From: an uncultured virus (IMG/VR IMGVR_UViG_3300023172_002538)
Lineage: Duplodnaviria > Heunggongvirae > Uroviricota > Caudoviricetes
DNA: 64,000 nt
Direction: 5' to 3' (one strand)
IMG/VR virus record: IMGVR_UViG_3300023172_002538
In this document: positions 27,966 through 36,863 of the stretch, piece by piece
Layout: each line of letters begins with the position of its first letter
Numbering within the stretch: position 1 is the stretch's first letter
Position numbers and translations under genes: made by a program
The notes under the pieces: generated by a model
Seen by the model: the letters and a program-made list of their open reading frames with translations, nothing else
Told to the model about the DNA's origin: nothing
Databases searched by the model: none

Positions 27966-28235
27966 ATGATGGGTACTTCTTTACAAGGCTACGTTTCTGC
28001 TACATATCAACAGTTGGTCGAGATTCTTGGTCAGCCCACGTACTCAAATCCTTCTGCTGACGGTAAAGTAAATACTGAGTGGGAGTTGATGTCTGAGTAT
28101 GGACCTGTTACAATCTATGATTGGAAAGATTACGATGGCGGCGAGTTTTCTCGCTCGGGCGTTAAGTATCAGTGGCATGTCGGTGGTAAAAACATGCAAG
28201 CACTATTTTATGTTGAAGGTTTGTTGGGTTTGTAA
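27966..28235 (+). CDS. Conserved phage hypothetical protein
   Basis: TSLQG...KVNTEW...TIYDWK...WHVGG pattern. Confidence 0.7.
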   Translation: MMGTSLQGYVSATYQQLVEILGQPTYSNPSADGKVNTEWELMSEYGPVTIYDWKDYDGGEFSRSGVKYQWHVGGKNMQALFYVEGLLGL

Positions 28236-28864
28236 TGCAGTCTGATCTAAACGATGAAAATTTTTTCTGGGGTGGCGTTGCGTGTGTCATCATTCTGTTC
28301 ACCGCCATAGTCGCTAGTTTCATTTACGACTTGCCAAGCGGTACTGCCACTCCTGAAGAACCAGTTAACCCTCCGGTTCAAGAGGTGCCTCTCTCATCTC
28401 TCTCTCAGCCTCTTGAACCGGAGGTCTCTAAATACAATGAGAGAGAACTTGAGTGTCTAGCACTTAACTCGTACTTTGAATCGAGAAATCAATCCGTTGC
28501 TGGACAAATTGCTGTTGCTCAAGTGGTGTTGAATCGAGTGAACAGTCCTCGATTTCCGAACACTATCTGTGATGTGATTCAACAAGGGCCCACGTATACA
28601 AACTGGAAAGGCAACGAACTGCCTGTGCGTAACAAGTGTCACTTCTCTTGGTGGTGTGATGGCTTGAGTGATATACCGAAAGACAAAGAAACGTATGCTT
28701 CGATTCTAAGTCTGGTTACCACAATTGCTGAAGAGGAGCCTATTGACATTACAAACGGAAGTCTGTATTATCATGCAGACTATTCTAGCCCTTGGTGGAT
28801 AAATAGTTTCACTCAAACAATGGTGATTGACGATCATGTCTTCTACAGAGAAAAAGACGATTAA
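28235..28864 (+). CDS. SleB-like cell wall hydrolase (Hydrolase_2) with N-terminal TM anchor
   Basis: CLALNSYFESR, AVAQVVLNRV...FPNTICDVI, CHFSW, SLYYHADY, IDDHVFY. Confidence 0.9.
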   Translation: MQSDLNDENFFWGGVACVIILFTAIVASFIYDLPSGTATPEEPVNPPVQEVPLSSLSQPLEPEVSKYNERELECLALNSYFESRNQSVAGQIAVAQVVLNRVNSPRFPNTICDVIQQGPTYTNWKGNELPVRNKCHFSWWCDGLSDIPKDKETYASILSLVTTIAEEEPIDITNGSLYYHADYSSPWWINSFTQTMVIDDHVFYREKDD

Positions 28865-28976
28865 CAATCTGGTCGCAAAACACGCTCGCAAATTCAATCG
28901 GGCACAGGTGATGGCGGACCGCAAAAAAGCGGCTCGCCTTGGTTACATTAAACATAAAGGAAAAGACTATGAGTAG
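28836..28976 (+). CDS. Small basic protein (46 aa)
   Basis: Not in the ORF track. MSSTEKKTINNLVAKHARKFNRAQVMADRKKAARLGYIKHKGKDYE; bridges the hydrolase and thyX. Confidence 0.55.
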   Translation: MSSTEKKTINNLVAKHARKFNRAQVMADRKKAARLGYIKHKGKDYE

Positions 28977-29664
28977 AGTGGCACTTGTGGGTATGACAAC
29001 GCCCAGTGCGTCCACTGGCTGTAACACTGCGAATGAATTGATTGCATACGCGGCTCGTGTGAGTAATCCAGCCAATCAAAACAACGATGTTACCGCGGCT
29101 AAACTGTTACGCTACCTGATTCGTGAGAATCATTGGTCACCTTTTGAAATGGTGTCAGTCACTATGGAGATTAAAACCACTCGTGACATTTCTCGCCAGA
29201 TCATTCGTCATAGGTCTTTTTCGTTTCAGGAGTTCAGTCAACGCTATGCTGTGAGCGACAATTTCATTACACGTGAGGCTCGCTTGCAAGATCCTAAGAA
29301 TCGACAAAACTCGATTGAGCTAGAGGACACAGAGGACTTTGGCAAAGGCGGCAATAAAACACAGCAAGAACGTCTGTACGAAAACTGGAATATGAAGCAA
29401 CGCGATGTGATCAACAAAGCGAATGAAGTGTACAAGTGGGCACTTGATAATGGCATTGCAAAAGAGCAAGCACGTGCTGTACTGCCCGAAGGTAACACTG
29501 AGACTACGCTGTACATGGCTGGTACGCTTCGTTCGTGGCTACATTACTGTGAACTGCGTCGAGCAAACGGTACGCAGAAAGAGCATATGGTTGTAGCAGA
29601 GCAGTGCTGGGAAATTCTCAAACAACATTTCCCTGATATTGCAAAGGCAGTAGAGGAGTTGTAA
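28969..29664 (+). CDS. thyX: Flavin-dependent thymidylate synthase
   Basis: AARVS, HWSPFE, RHRSFSFQEFSQRY (RHRx7S), EQARAVLP. Confidence 0.95.
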   Translation: MSRVALVGMTTPSASTGCNTANELIAYAARVSNPANQNNDVTAAKLLRYLIRENHWSPFEMVSVTMEIKTTRDISRQIIRHRSFSFQEFSQRYAVSDNFITREARLQDPKNRQNSIELEDTEDFGKGGNKTQQERLYENWNMKQRDVINKANEVYKWALDNGIAKEQARAVLPEGNTETTLYMAGTLRSWLHYCELRRANGTQKEHMVVAEQCWEILKQHFPDIAKAVEEL

Positions 29665-29813
29665 TGAACGGTAAGAAAGCCAAGCTGATGCGTAAAGTTG
29701 GTAAGGTTGAACGCAAAGATAAAAAGATGTATAATAGTCTGACAGACGACGAAAAGAAACTTTTGTCTGACGTATACAAATTTTCAATCACTAGGAAAGT
29801 ACCTAAAGAATGA
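29664..29813 (+). CDS. Small basic hypothetical protein (49 aa)
   Basis: Not in the ORF track. MNGKKAKLMRK..., GAGGAG RBS, overlaps both neighbours. Confidence 0.65.
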   Translation: MNGKKAKLMRKVGKVERKDKKMYNSLTDDEKKLLSDVYKFSITRKVPKE

Positions 29814-30397
29814 ATGTCTTTTATCTGCATCCCGACCCTATCGTTTGTGCCGAACAGCACTGCGATAAACATGTTGTTAAAATGTTGGTCGAGTATGCCC
29901 AGTTAATGTCCACTGCACACCGAGTGCTAGATGGCGAACTCTGGTATGGTAGATCAACTGCGGGTCGCAAGATTCAGCGATACTTTCATCCAGATCCCAC
30001 CATGAATCAAGAGCTATATAAAGCTTGTCACATCAATCATCCGTCTGCTAAGTGGGTACGTTACTCATCTGCAAACTATGGATGGTTGTATGACATGTGG
30101 ACGGCACTACACTGTGAGTATGAACATCGTTATGGTAGAACCCACGAGTCGTATCGAAAGTTGAATTATCATCTTCTTCTACCACCCGAAAAGTTCTCTA
30201 GTGAAGGCTTCACTGAGCCGACACCGGCGATGAACCATTACCCACAATGTATTGTCGAAGGTGATTCAGTAACATCGTATCGCAATTACTACATTGAAGC
30301 CAAGTCTGACTTTGCTCGATGGACTAATCGCGATGCCCCAGATTGGTGGAATACGCATGAGTGGAAAAGGGAGCAAACCGAGACCGTTCTCGGTTGA
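29810..30397 (+). CDS. Pyrimidine-dimer DNA glycosylase-like protein (DenV-like)
   Basis: MNVFYL...HCDKHVVKM...Q..STAH, HINHPS..W, EY..RY..TH, YRNYY. Confidence 0.8.
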   Translation: MNVFYLHPDPIVCAEQHCDKHVVKMLVEYAQLMSTAHRVLDGELWYGRSTAGRKIQRYFHPDPTMNQELYKACHINHPSAKWVRYSSANYGWLYDMWTALHCEYEHRYGRTHESYRKLNYHLLLPPEKFSSEGFTEPTPAMNHYPQCIVEGDSVTSYRNYYIEAKSDFARWTNRDAPDWWNTHEWKREQTETVLG

Positions 30398-30521
30398 TCG
30401 CAAAGTGTTTGAAAGTAATTGGGACAAAATCTTCGCTGTAAAGCAGAGTCATCAAGACGCTCCTACTGACGAAGAGAAAAGTAAAAAGAAAGAGCAGGCA
30501 CAGGACCCTAGAAATGGCTAG
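30357..30521 (+). CDS. Small conserved phage protein
   Basis: MSGKGSKPRPFSVDRKVFESNWDKIF. Confidence 0.65.
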   Translation: MSGKGSKPRPFSVDRKVFESNWDKIFAVKQSHQDAPTDEEKSKKKEQAQDPRNG

Positions 30522-30741
30522 AGATCCTTTAGAAATTAGTAACTACTGGTCTGATGACAGTACGCTTGAATCGATTGTTCTCAAAGATAACGATGGTTAT
30601 TTTATTGAGATTTATCGAGACACTATACTGGTCGCGATTTTACGTGAGGGTCTAACTTCATTAGGCAAAGCCGAAGAAGTAGCAGAAAACGCTGTTATTG
30701 AAAACGTATGGACTGAAGATCGATATGCCGAAACGCGCTAA
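30514..30741 (+). CDS. Hypothetical protein
   Basis: 75-aa ORF overlapping both neighbours. Confidence 0.6.
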   Translation: MARDPLEISNYWSDDSTLESIVLKDNDGYFIEIYRDTILVAILREGLTSLGKAEEVAENAVIENVWTEDRYAETR

Positions 30742-31444
30742 GTTTACTCCCAAGAAAAAGAAGACCTTGACTCCCGAACCGAACTGGGAAAAACTAAAGA
30801 AGGCTGAAACTGAAGAAGAACGAATCGCCGCATGGATGGAGTGTGATGCGTATGTGCACACCGAAGTCACTGAGCGCGAGTATCTGCATTCAACTAAAAA
30901 GTGGATTCGTGATCGCAGTGGCTGGGATCATGGAGTCTATGAAGAAGCGATTAAAATTCCAGACGTGTTTCTTGCTACGATTGGCAAGAGCGGTTGGAAA
31001 GCGTATCTACTTGGATACATGCCTGAGAAGGTAAAAGCACAGTTCGAAAAGCAATTGTTTGACATGATCGAAAAGTCAGACAGACTGCGTGAGCAAATGT
31101 TTTATGAACCACCCATTCATCCATCGATTGCTGATCTTGACGATGATCATAAACTTCATCCTACAAAAGTGAAGCAGTGGATTGAGTACTGGAAAAAGTT
31201 TGTGTCTGCGTCGAAGAACGACGACAAACTGACACAAGAACAAATAACCGCGCGTACATACGTGTATAACATGCAGACCTATCTTAAGAGTGGTGTCTGG
31301 CTTGATTCACACTATGGTGAGCGCCGAGAAAACAAAATTGTTCCTGTCTGTATCGCGCCAGCGTATGATAAAGATGGTTGTATTGTAAGAACCAAAGGTA
31401 CATACTACAGAGACATCGGAGCAATTTGGGGAGAAATCGAATGA
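30725..31444 (+). CDS. Hypothetical protein
   Basis: Long ORF upstream of gp33; start placed at ATG 30725. Confidence 0.7.
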   Translation: MPKRAKFTPKKKKTLTPEPNWEKLKKAETEEERIAAWMECDAYVHTEVTEREYLHSTKKWIRDRSGWDHGVYEEAIKIPDVFLATIGKSGWKAYLLGYMPEKVKAQFEKQLFDMIEKSDRLREQMFYEPPIHPSIADLDDDHKLHPTKVKQWIEYWKKFVSASKNDDKLTQEQITARTYVYNMQTYLKSGVWLDSHYGERRENKIVPVCIAPAYDKDGCIVRTKGTYYRDIGAIWGEIE

Positions 31445-31674
31445 CAGTTGGTAGTATAGTTATGACAAAGCCTAAATTTGCGAAGCGAATCGAGGAGATT
31501 GTCAGACTTAAAAATTTAAGTTACATCGATGCCGTGTTGTACTTCTGTGAAAAGAACAACCTTGATGAAGTCGATGTAAAGAAGTTTATTGCAGGTCCGA
31601 TCAAAAGTAAGATCGAGGCTGAGGCTATGAAACTAAACTTTCTGCCACGCGGAAATGAATTACCATTCGAATAG
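31441..31674 (+). CDS. gp33: Late transcription coactivator
   Basis: F..RIEEIV...SYIDAVLYFCEKNNLD...IKSKIEAEAMKLNFL. Confidence 0.9.
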   Translation: MTVGSIVMTKPKFAKRIEEIVRLKNLSYIDAVLYFCEKNNLDEVDVKKFIAGPIKSKIEAEAMKLNFLPRGNELPFE

Positions 31675-31735
31675 AGAACTGCCACATCTCTCTTAAAACT
31701 ATGTGGTTTATATCATTAACTAACTGGAGACTATT

Positions 31736-31987
31736 ATGTCAAAGCAAGCAAAAGTACTCGCCGCATTCATGCAAGGCGAACAACTAACCTCTAAGCAGAT
31801 CGCTTCACGTTTTAGCGTTGCTAACCCAACTGCACTCGTGTCTAGCCTGCGTATGGAAGGTTATCCTGTTTACTTGAACGAGGGTACCAAAGATTCCCGC
31901 GGTCGTGTTCGTGCATCGAAGTATCGTCTTGGTGCTCCGACTCGTGCAGTAATCGCCGCTGGCTATCGTGCTATGGCAGCCGCCTAA
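31736..31987 (+). CDS. Small winged-helix DNA-binding protein
   Basis: LTSKQIASRF...TALVSSLRMEGYPV...YRLG; GGAG RBS. Confidence 0.7.
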   Translation: MSKQAKVLAAFMQGEQLTSKQIASRFSVANPTALVSSLRMEGYPVYLNEGTKDSRGRVRASKYRLGAPTRAVIAAGYRAMAAA

Positions 31988-32007
31988 GTAAATACTTAGG
32001 AAAAGAT

Positions 32008-32031
32008 GAGACCACCGAATGGTGGTCTTTT
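32008..32031 (+). terminator. Rho-independent terminator
   Basis: AGACCACC-GAAT-GGTGGTCT followed by T-run. Confidence 0.7.
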
Positions 32032-32036
32032 CGCTT

Positions 32037-32405
32037 ATGTCAGAAAAGAAAAAAGCGTTATTGCCATATGGCGATAATATAAGCGCACCCGCTATAACGC
32101 TACCTAACACTGAGCTTTTTAAATCTGAGCGTGGGTCTCTCGCTAGAAATTATTTTGAAAACAGAATAGCTCTCTTAAACGAAGAATATAATAAACTATT
32201 GGAGCTGGCGGAAGACAACGAAATGATTTATCAAGCGCAGTACAATTTTGTGCCACGAGTAGGACAGACATATCATCTGTATCGAATCGAAAGTGGTGCA
32301 ATAACTCTAAGTCTGATTGAACCTCAGGCTTGGAACAAAGAGTATCTAGGATCATATCAATTTACTGCGGACTCTATCTGGCAGAAAGTTGACCTAGATG
32401 CATAA
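32037..32405 (+). CDS. DUF2452-like protein
   Basis: LPYG...APAI, coiled segment, YNFVPRVGQTYHLY, LSLIEP..W. Confidence 0.65.
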   Translation: MSEKKKALLPYGDNISAPAITLPNTELFKSERGSLARNYFENRIALLNEEYNKLLELAEDNEMIYQAQYNFVPRVGQTYHLYRIESGAITLSLIEPQAWNKEYLGSYQFTADSIWQKVDLDA

Positions 32406-32428
32406 CACACAACACACAGGAGACTATT

Positions 32429-32650
32429 ATGTCTAATCCATACGAACTTCGTTTTGAAATGTTCAACGTAGCAAAAGATATGCTCGTTGACAGTTTTCAT
32501 TGTGAGAAAGATGACTTGATGCAGAAGTATCACAGTCAAATCGATCAAGGGCAACCAGTAGAGTATCCCACTCTGCCTAAGTACCCATCTTTCGAAGCCA
32601 TCAAAGAGTTGGCTATCGAAATCAATGAGTATGTTTCGAAAACTAAGTAG
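32429..32650 (+). CDS. Conserved small phage protein
   Basis: NPYELRFEM...AKDML...YPS...A.EINEYVS; CAGGAG RBS. Confidence 0.7.
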   Translation: MSNPYELRFEMFNVAKDMLVDSFHCEKDDLMQKYHSQIDQGQPVEYPTLPKYPSFEAIKELAIEINEYVSKTK

Positions 32651-32701
32651 TATAAATAGAAGAGTGAGAAGGTTGACTTTTCACTCTTTTTATAGTATGA
32701 T
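32651..32701 (+). promoter_or_regulatory. Overlapping late promoter, hairpin and sigma70 promoter upstream of gp32
   Basis: TATAAATA 32651-32658; TTGACT 32673, 17-nt spacer, TATGAT 32696; inverted repeat AGAGTGAGAAG/CTTTTCACTCT. Confidence 0.75.
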
Positions 32702-32765
32702 ACTACTCTTACATTATGAATAAAGTGGATAAAACTTAATACACTGTTTATACAAGGAAACACAT

Positions 32766-33674
32766 ATGTCTTTTTCAAATCTCAAGCGTAATCGCAATTC
32801 TATCTCTGACCTCGTCTCTGCCGCAAGCGCAGGTGATGCCCCCACCGAAAAGAAGTCCTACGTCGATGAACGTCAATGGAAGCCCACCGTTGATAAAGCA
32901 GGCAATGGCTACGCTGTTCTGCGTTTTCTACCTGCACCCGAAGGCAACGAACTGCCTTGGGTTCGATACTGGGATCATGGCTTTAAAGGTCCCACTGGTC
33001 AGTGGTATATTGAAAAGTCTTTGACTTCGATTGGTCAGCAAGATCCTGTTGGCGAGCTAAACTCTCGTCTCTGGAACTCTGGTGTAGAGGCTGATAAAGA
33101 AACTGCACGTGCACAGAAGCGCCGTCTTCACTACGTTGCAAACGTTCTTGTCGAATCTGATCCTGCTAACCCTCAGAACGAAGGCAAAGTCTTCCTCTAC
33201 ACGTTCGGTAAGAAAATCTTTGATAAGATCATGGACGTAATGCAACCGCAGTTTCAGGACGAAGATCCAGTCAACCCGTTCGACTTCTGGGAAGGCGCTT
33301 CGTTCAAGCTGAAGATTCGTAACGTCGAAGGCTATCGTAACTATGACAAGTCAGAGTTTGCATCTCCTGCTCCTCTGCTAAATGGTGACGATGGTGAACT
33401 TGAACAGGTCTATGATCAACTCTATGATCTGAACGAGTTTACTGATCCTGCTCAGTACAAGACTTATGATGAACTGAAGGCTCGTCTTGCTCTTGTGCTT
33501 GGTGAGTCTGCTCCTCGCACTGTGAAGGCAGAGAATGATTTAGCAAGCGTTCGTGAGCCAACTCCCATTCGATCAGCAACTCCCGTGGAACCTGAAGTAA
33601 CGGCAGCCAATTTATCGGATGATGGCGAAGAAGATACTCTTTCATACTTTGCGAAACTCGCCGCTGAAGATTGA
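32766..33674 (+). CDS. gp32: Single-stranded DNA-binding protein
   Basis: DERQWKP..DKAGNGYAVLRFLP, GQWYIE, NEGKVFLY.FGKKIFDKI, NPFDFWEGA, YRNYDKSEF, acidic tail. Confidence 0.97.
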   Translation: MSFSNLKRNRNSISDLVSAASAGDAPTEKKSYVDERQWKPTVDKAGNGYAVLRFLPAPEGNELPWVRYWDHGFKGPTGQWYIEKSLTSIGQQDPVGELNSRLWNSGVEADKETARAQKRRLHYVANVLVESDPANPQNEGKVFLYTFGKKIFDKIMDVMQPQFQDEDPVNPFDFWEGASFKLKIRNVEGYRNYDKSEFASPAPLLNGDDGELEQVYDQLYDLNEFTDPAQYKTYDELKARLALVLGESAPRTVKAENDLASVREPTPIRSATPVEPEVTAANLSDDGEEDTLSYFAKLAAED

Positions 33675-33687
33675 TAACTTCGTAATG

Positions 33688-33717
33688 AAAAGGGAGCCTT
33701 TTGGCTCCCTTTTTTTA
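33688..33717. terminator. Bidirectional terminator between convergent operons
   Basis: AAAAGGGAGCC-TTTT-GGCTCCCTTTTTTT. Confidence 0.9.
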
Positions 33718-35298
33718 TGCTCCTGCATAAGCGTCGGCTCGCGATCCGTTTGATTGAGTAGGCTGTGGTAGAGGTGCATCTCCACCACCTGTTGTAGTGT
33801 TGTTCGTAGTTGTTGTTGGAGCATTAGTGTTGTTGATTACAGTGACGTTACCAGACTTTTCACCAACAGAACTCATTGTTCTTTGTTCTACTGCACTACT
33901 AATTGGTATTTCTGCGGCTTGTGTCATTACAGCACTGATCTTGGGTACAGGAGAAGATTTTAAGCCTTCACCAAAGTCAACTTCACTGTAACCATCGAAG
34001 TATCCTTCACCAAGCTTACCACCATTCCACATCTTGTCGAAGATAGGTATTGCAAAAGCGACTGATTTGCCCAACTCTTCAATGTTATCTTGAAAATCGT
34101 CCATATCTGCACTAGCAATCTTATCGATGCCATCACCCAGTCTAAACATTGAATCAGCAAGTTGATCGAATCCTTTTAGATTTGAAACATCAATATCAGA
34201 TAAAACTTTAAGATCGCCTGCAATACGTTCAAATACACTAGGGGTGTTTTCGTCAGTAAACAAAGAACTAACGAAGTTACCAAGACCACTGATCAGTTCA
34301 CCCGCTGTTAGTGCCGTTAGTCCAGCCGCTACAGAAACCGCCGCAGGACCAAAGGCAAGAAGCTTCGACATGCTTATTTCATCTGACGATATTGCCGCAA
34401 GGCCTGCTCCAAGATTAACCATAATATCTCTGAGACCTGATCCATCGGCACCAAGTGCTCCAGCAAGATCAGTTACACCTGCAACTCCAGCAAAGAATGC
34501 ACCAATGCCAACACCGAGTAGCCCTAGTCCAGTAGCCGCTGGACCTGCCATACCAGTTGCACCCAGCAATCCGCCTGTTGCAAGCAATCCACCAAGAACG
34601 GCTAAATCAGCACCAGCAAAAGCACCAAGACCTTCAGCAAGATTGACCATTATATTGCGCAGTGTCGTACCGTCTGCTGAGAGATAACTTGCGGCCGCAT
34701 CACCTGCCGCAAGTCCAGCAAAGAATCCACCGATGCCAGCACCTAGAGCGAACATTCCAAATCCCGCTTTCATTGATTTACCAGGACCAAGAAGTGTACC
34801 CATGACACCACCTGCGGCCATGACACCACCAAGCTTGACTAAGCCGTCGGTGTTCATCTGAGCAAAACCATCTGTAAGTGTTGTCATAACACTCACTAGT
34901 TTGTTCAGATCGGTGTTCATCCATGTAAGTGCTTTGTCACCTGCGGCAAGTCCAGTAAAGAATCCGCCGATGCCAAAGCCAAGTGCAGTCATACCAACGC
35001 CTGCGCCGATTCCTGCTCCAGCTAATTTTCCGAATGAACTACCAAAACTTGATTCTGCGCCTTTCCCACTAGGACCTGGAGGTGGTGTGGGTGAATCACC
35101 AGTCGGTGCTTCTTGGCTTCTCTCAGCCGCTTCTGCTCTTCTCTTTTGCTCTGCCTCTTGCATCGCACGAAAGAAGTCACGAAATCGCTTGTTTGTATCG
35201 ACTTCGGTCCTGAACTGTTCTTTTTGTAGATTGCTAATGTCTTGCAGATACTCTGCATTGAGCATATTCGCTTCTACAATGTCATCAAGTCTGGCCAT
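33715..35298 (-). CDS. Tape measure / gp29-like tail length protein
   Basis: 527 aa, coiled N-terminus, three Gly/Ala-rich hydrophobic repeats, Thr/Asn-rich C-terminus; follows gp26-gp51. Confidence 0.7.
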   Translation of the reverse strand: MARLDDIVEANMLNAEYLQDISNLQKEQFRTEVDTNKRFRDFFRAMQEAEQKRRAEAAERSQEAPTGDSPTPPPGPSGKGAESSFGSSFGKLAGAGIGAGVGMTALGFGIGGFFTGLAAGDKALTWMNTDLNKLVSVMTTLTDGFAQMNTDGLVKLGGVMAAGGVMGTLLGPGKSMKAGFGMFALGAGIGGFFAGLAAGDAAASYLSADGTTLRNIMVNLAEGLGAFAGADLAVLGGLLATGGLLGATGMAGPAATGLGLLGVGIGAFFAGVAGVTDLAGALGADGSGLRDIMVNLGAGLAAISSDEISMSKLLAFGPAAVSVAAGLTALTAGELISGLGNFVSSLFTDENTPSVFERIAGDLKVLSDIDVSNLKGFDQLADSMFRLGDGIDKIASADMDDFQDNIEELGKSVAFAIPIFDKMWNGGKLGEGYFDGYSEVDFGEGLKSSPVPKISAVMTQAAEIPISSAVEQRTMSSVGEKSGNVTVINNTNAPTTTTNNTTTGGGDAPLPQPTQSNGSRADAYAGA

Positions 35299-35473
35299 AT
35301 GACTCTCTTAATTTTTTTTCTTCTTCTAACGCATCCAAGAGCAAAATAAGGTGTACTTCACGCTCCCATGGGATCATCGTTTCTAATTCTGTTAATGAGT
35401 ATTTATGATGCCTCATCAACAAAAAACTCGTTTTATAATGATTAGCTAGAGTTTCATGCGAGAGGCATACTAA
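35285..35473 (-). CDS. gp51: gp51-like baseplate hub assembly frame (reached by -1 frameshift from gp26, or by internal ATG at 35416)
   Basis: Not in the ORF track. LVCLSHETLANHYKTSFLLMRHHKYSLTELETMIPWEREVHLILL, the gp51 signature of marine T4-like phages. Confidence 0.8.
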   Translation of the reverse strand, partial: LVCLSHETLANHYKTSFLLMRHHKYSLTELETMIPWEREVHLILLLDALEEEKKLRESYGQT

Positions 35474-36165
35474 AAAAAATCTTGGATGCCTCTTAATTCA
35501 AGATGAGTATGCTCACCACATTTGTTACAATCAAAATCTAAGTCATACGAGACTTTAGGAATATCAAAAAGAAACTTAGTAATCTTTTCAAACTGTTCTC
35601 GTGTCATCGATTCAAGAAAACGTCGAACAGATTCTGGTGTTTCGTCTGCGATGTCAATTCGTTCATCTTCAGTCATGACTGCATCAAGACTGTTCGCAAG
35701 AATATTGAAACCCATCTCGCCTTCTTCTTTAATATCTTGAAAATCAATATAACTTGGATATCTCATAACAACAGAAATTTTATCATCAAGTTCAATGATA
35801 TTACTTCTGGGCTTTACTTGACCACATGTTACCTGCTCTAAGTCCATTACATATTCATTTTCGTGTTCGCATGACTGACACTTTAGATTGAGATTAATTC
35901 TTTCGCCTACAGATTTAGAACGGAGCTTGATGAATAAGTATTCTAGATCAAATGTTGTCAACGATTGGACCTTTAAGTCCGATTGTACACAAGCCTGAAT
36001 CGTATCTAAAATAGCGTTCATCATCTGGTTGCTGTCTTGTGACTCAGCTGCCAGCATTAAGATTTTTTCTTCTTTTACCAAATACGGTCTAAATTTAACT
36101 CGATCACCTGTTGAAGGGATTTCTAACTCATACTTGGGTGTATCATTCAATACGGGTAATGCCAT
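35470..36165 (-). CDS. gp26: Baseplate hub subunit / assembly chaperone
   Basis: MALP...PKYEL.IPSTG..VKFRPYLVKEEKILM, DLEYLFIKLRSKSVGE, two CxxC, ends GIQDFF. Confidence 0.9.
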   Translation of the reverse strand: MALPVLNDTPKYELEIPSTGDRVKFRPYLVKEEKILMLAAESQDSNQMMNAILDTIQACVQSDLKVQSLTTFDLEYLFIKLRSKSVGERINLNLKCQSCEHENEYVMDLEQVTCGQVKPRSNIIELDDKISVVMRYPSYIDFQDIKEEGEMGFNILANSLDAVMTEDERIDIADETPESVRRFLESMTREQFEKITKFLFDIPKVSYDLDFDCNKCGEHTHLELRGIQDFF

Positions 36166-36179
36166 GATTTAATTCTCCA

Positions 36180-36863
36180 TTAAATATTTGCGCCGATTGT
36201 TCCTAAAACTCCAGTGACTGCTTTCTGAATTTTATTCTTCGGATCTCTGCTCTCACCGTACCAGTAGTGATAAGCAAATTCTACACTTATCTGGCTGATC
36301 TCATTCTGAGATTGATCCGATAATGTTTCGTATGTGACACTTACAGGAAAAGCACGATCAAGTGTCCACGTGTATGTTTTTTCAAGAGGTGTTCCAAGAT
36401 CAATATCAAAACTAAGATTGACTGGACCAAGTTCGATATTTCTGTCGAGAATTGGATAGCTAACGCCTTTCTCTAACTGATGAATCTGAACTTTTTTAGC
36501 GTATCGATCTGGATAGTTGACTTCGAAGCGTCCTTCAATATCATCATATTGTTGCATAGCCAGGGCTTGCCAGCCTTCAAAGTAGTCTCGTGTTTTCTGA
36601 TCGTTCAATACCCGAAATGACATTGTAACATTGGGATTTACAAACCCGTGAACAACTGATTGCTGTGTAGGACCTAGCACTCGCTCAATGCTTGACAACT
36701 GACGTGATGGCAGTGTGACACTGCTACACAGAACACCAAATTCATAAGTGCTTTGTCTTGCAGTCAATGCTGGTAGATAAACATAATATAGATTCGTACG
36801 AGCAAAGCCTCTGCCACCCGTAGCAATACCCTTTAGTTCTTCAACTGATCCTGACTTAAGCAT
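36180..36863 (-). CDS. gp54: Tail tube initiator (gp54/gp19-like)
   Basis: GFARTNLY.V, LC..VTLP, F..WQ, Y...Y..V.I.QL, AFPVSV, V.FAY..W. Confidence 0.7.
   Translation of the reverse strand: MLKSGSVEELKGIATGGRGFARTNLYYVYLPALTARQSTYEFGVLCSSVTLPSRQLSSIERVLGPTQQSVVHGFVNPNVTMSFRVLNDQKTRDYFEGWQALAMQQYDDIEGRFEVNYPDRYAKKVQIHQLEKGVSYPILDRNIELGPVNLSFDIDLGTPLEKTYTWTLDRAFPVSVTYETLSDQSQNEISQISVEFAYHYWYGESRDPKNKIQKAVTGVLGTIGANI

Noticed and set aside
34244..35302. Plus-strand ORFs of 147 and 133 aa
   Set aside because: They are antisense shadows of the Gly/Ala-rich tape measure gene with no RBS or motifs.
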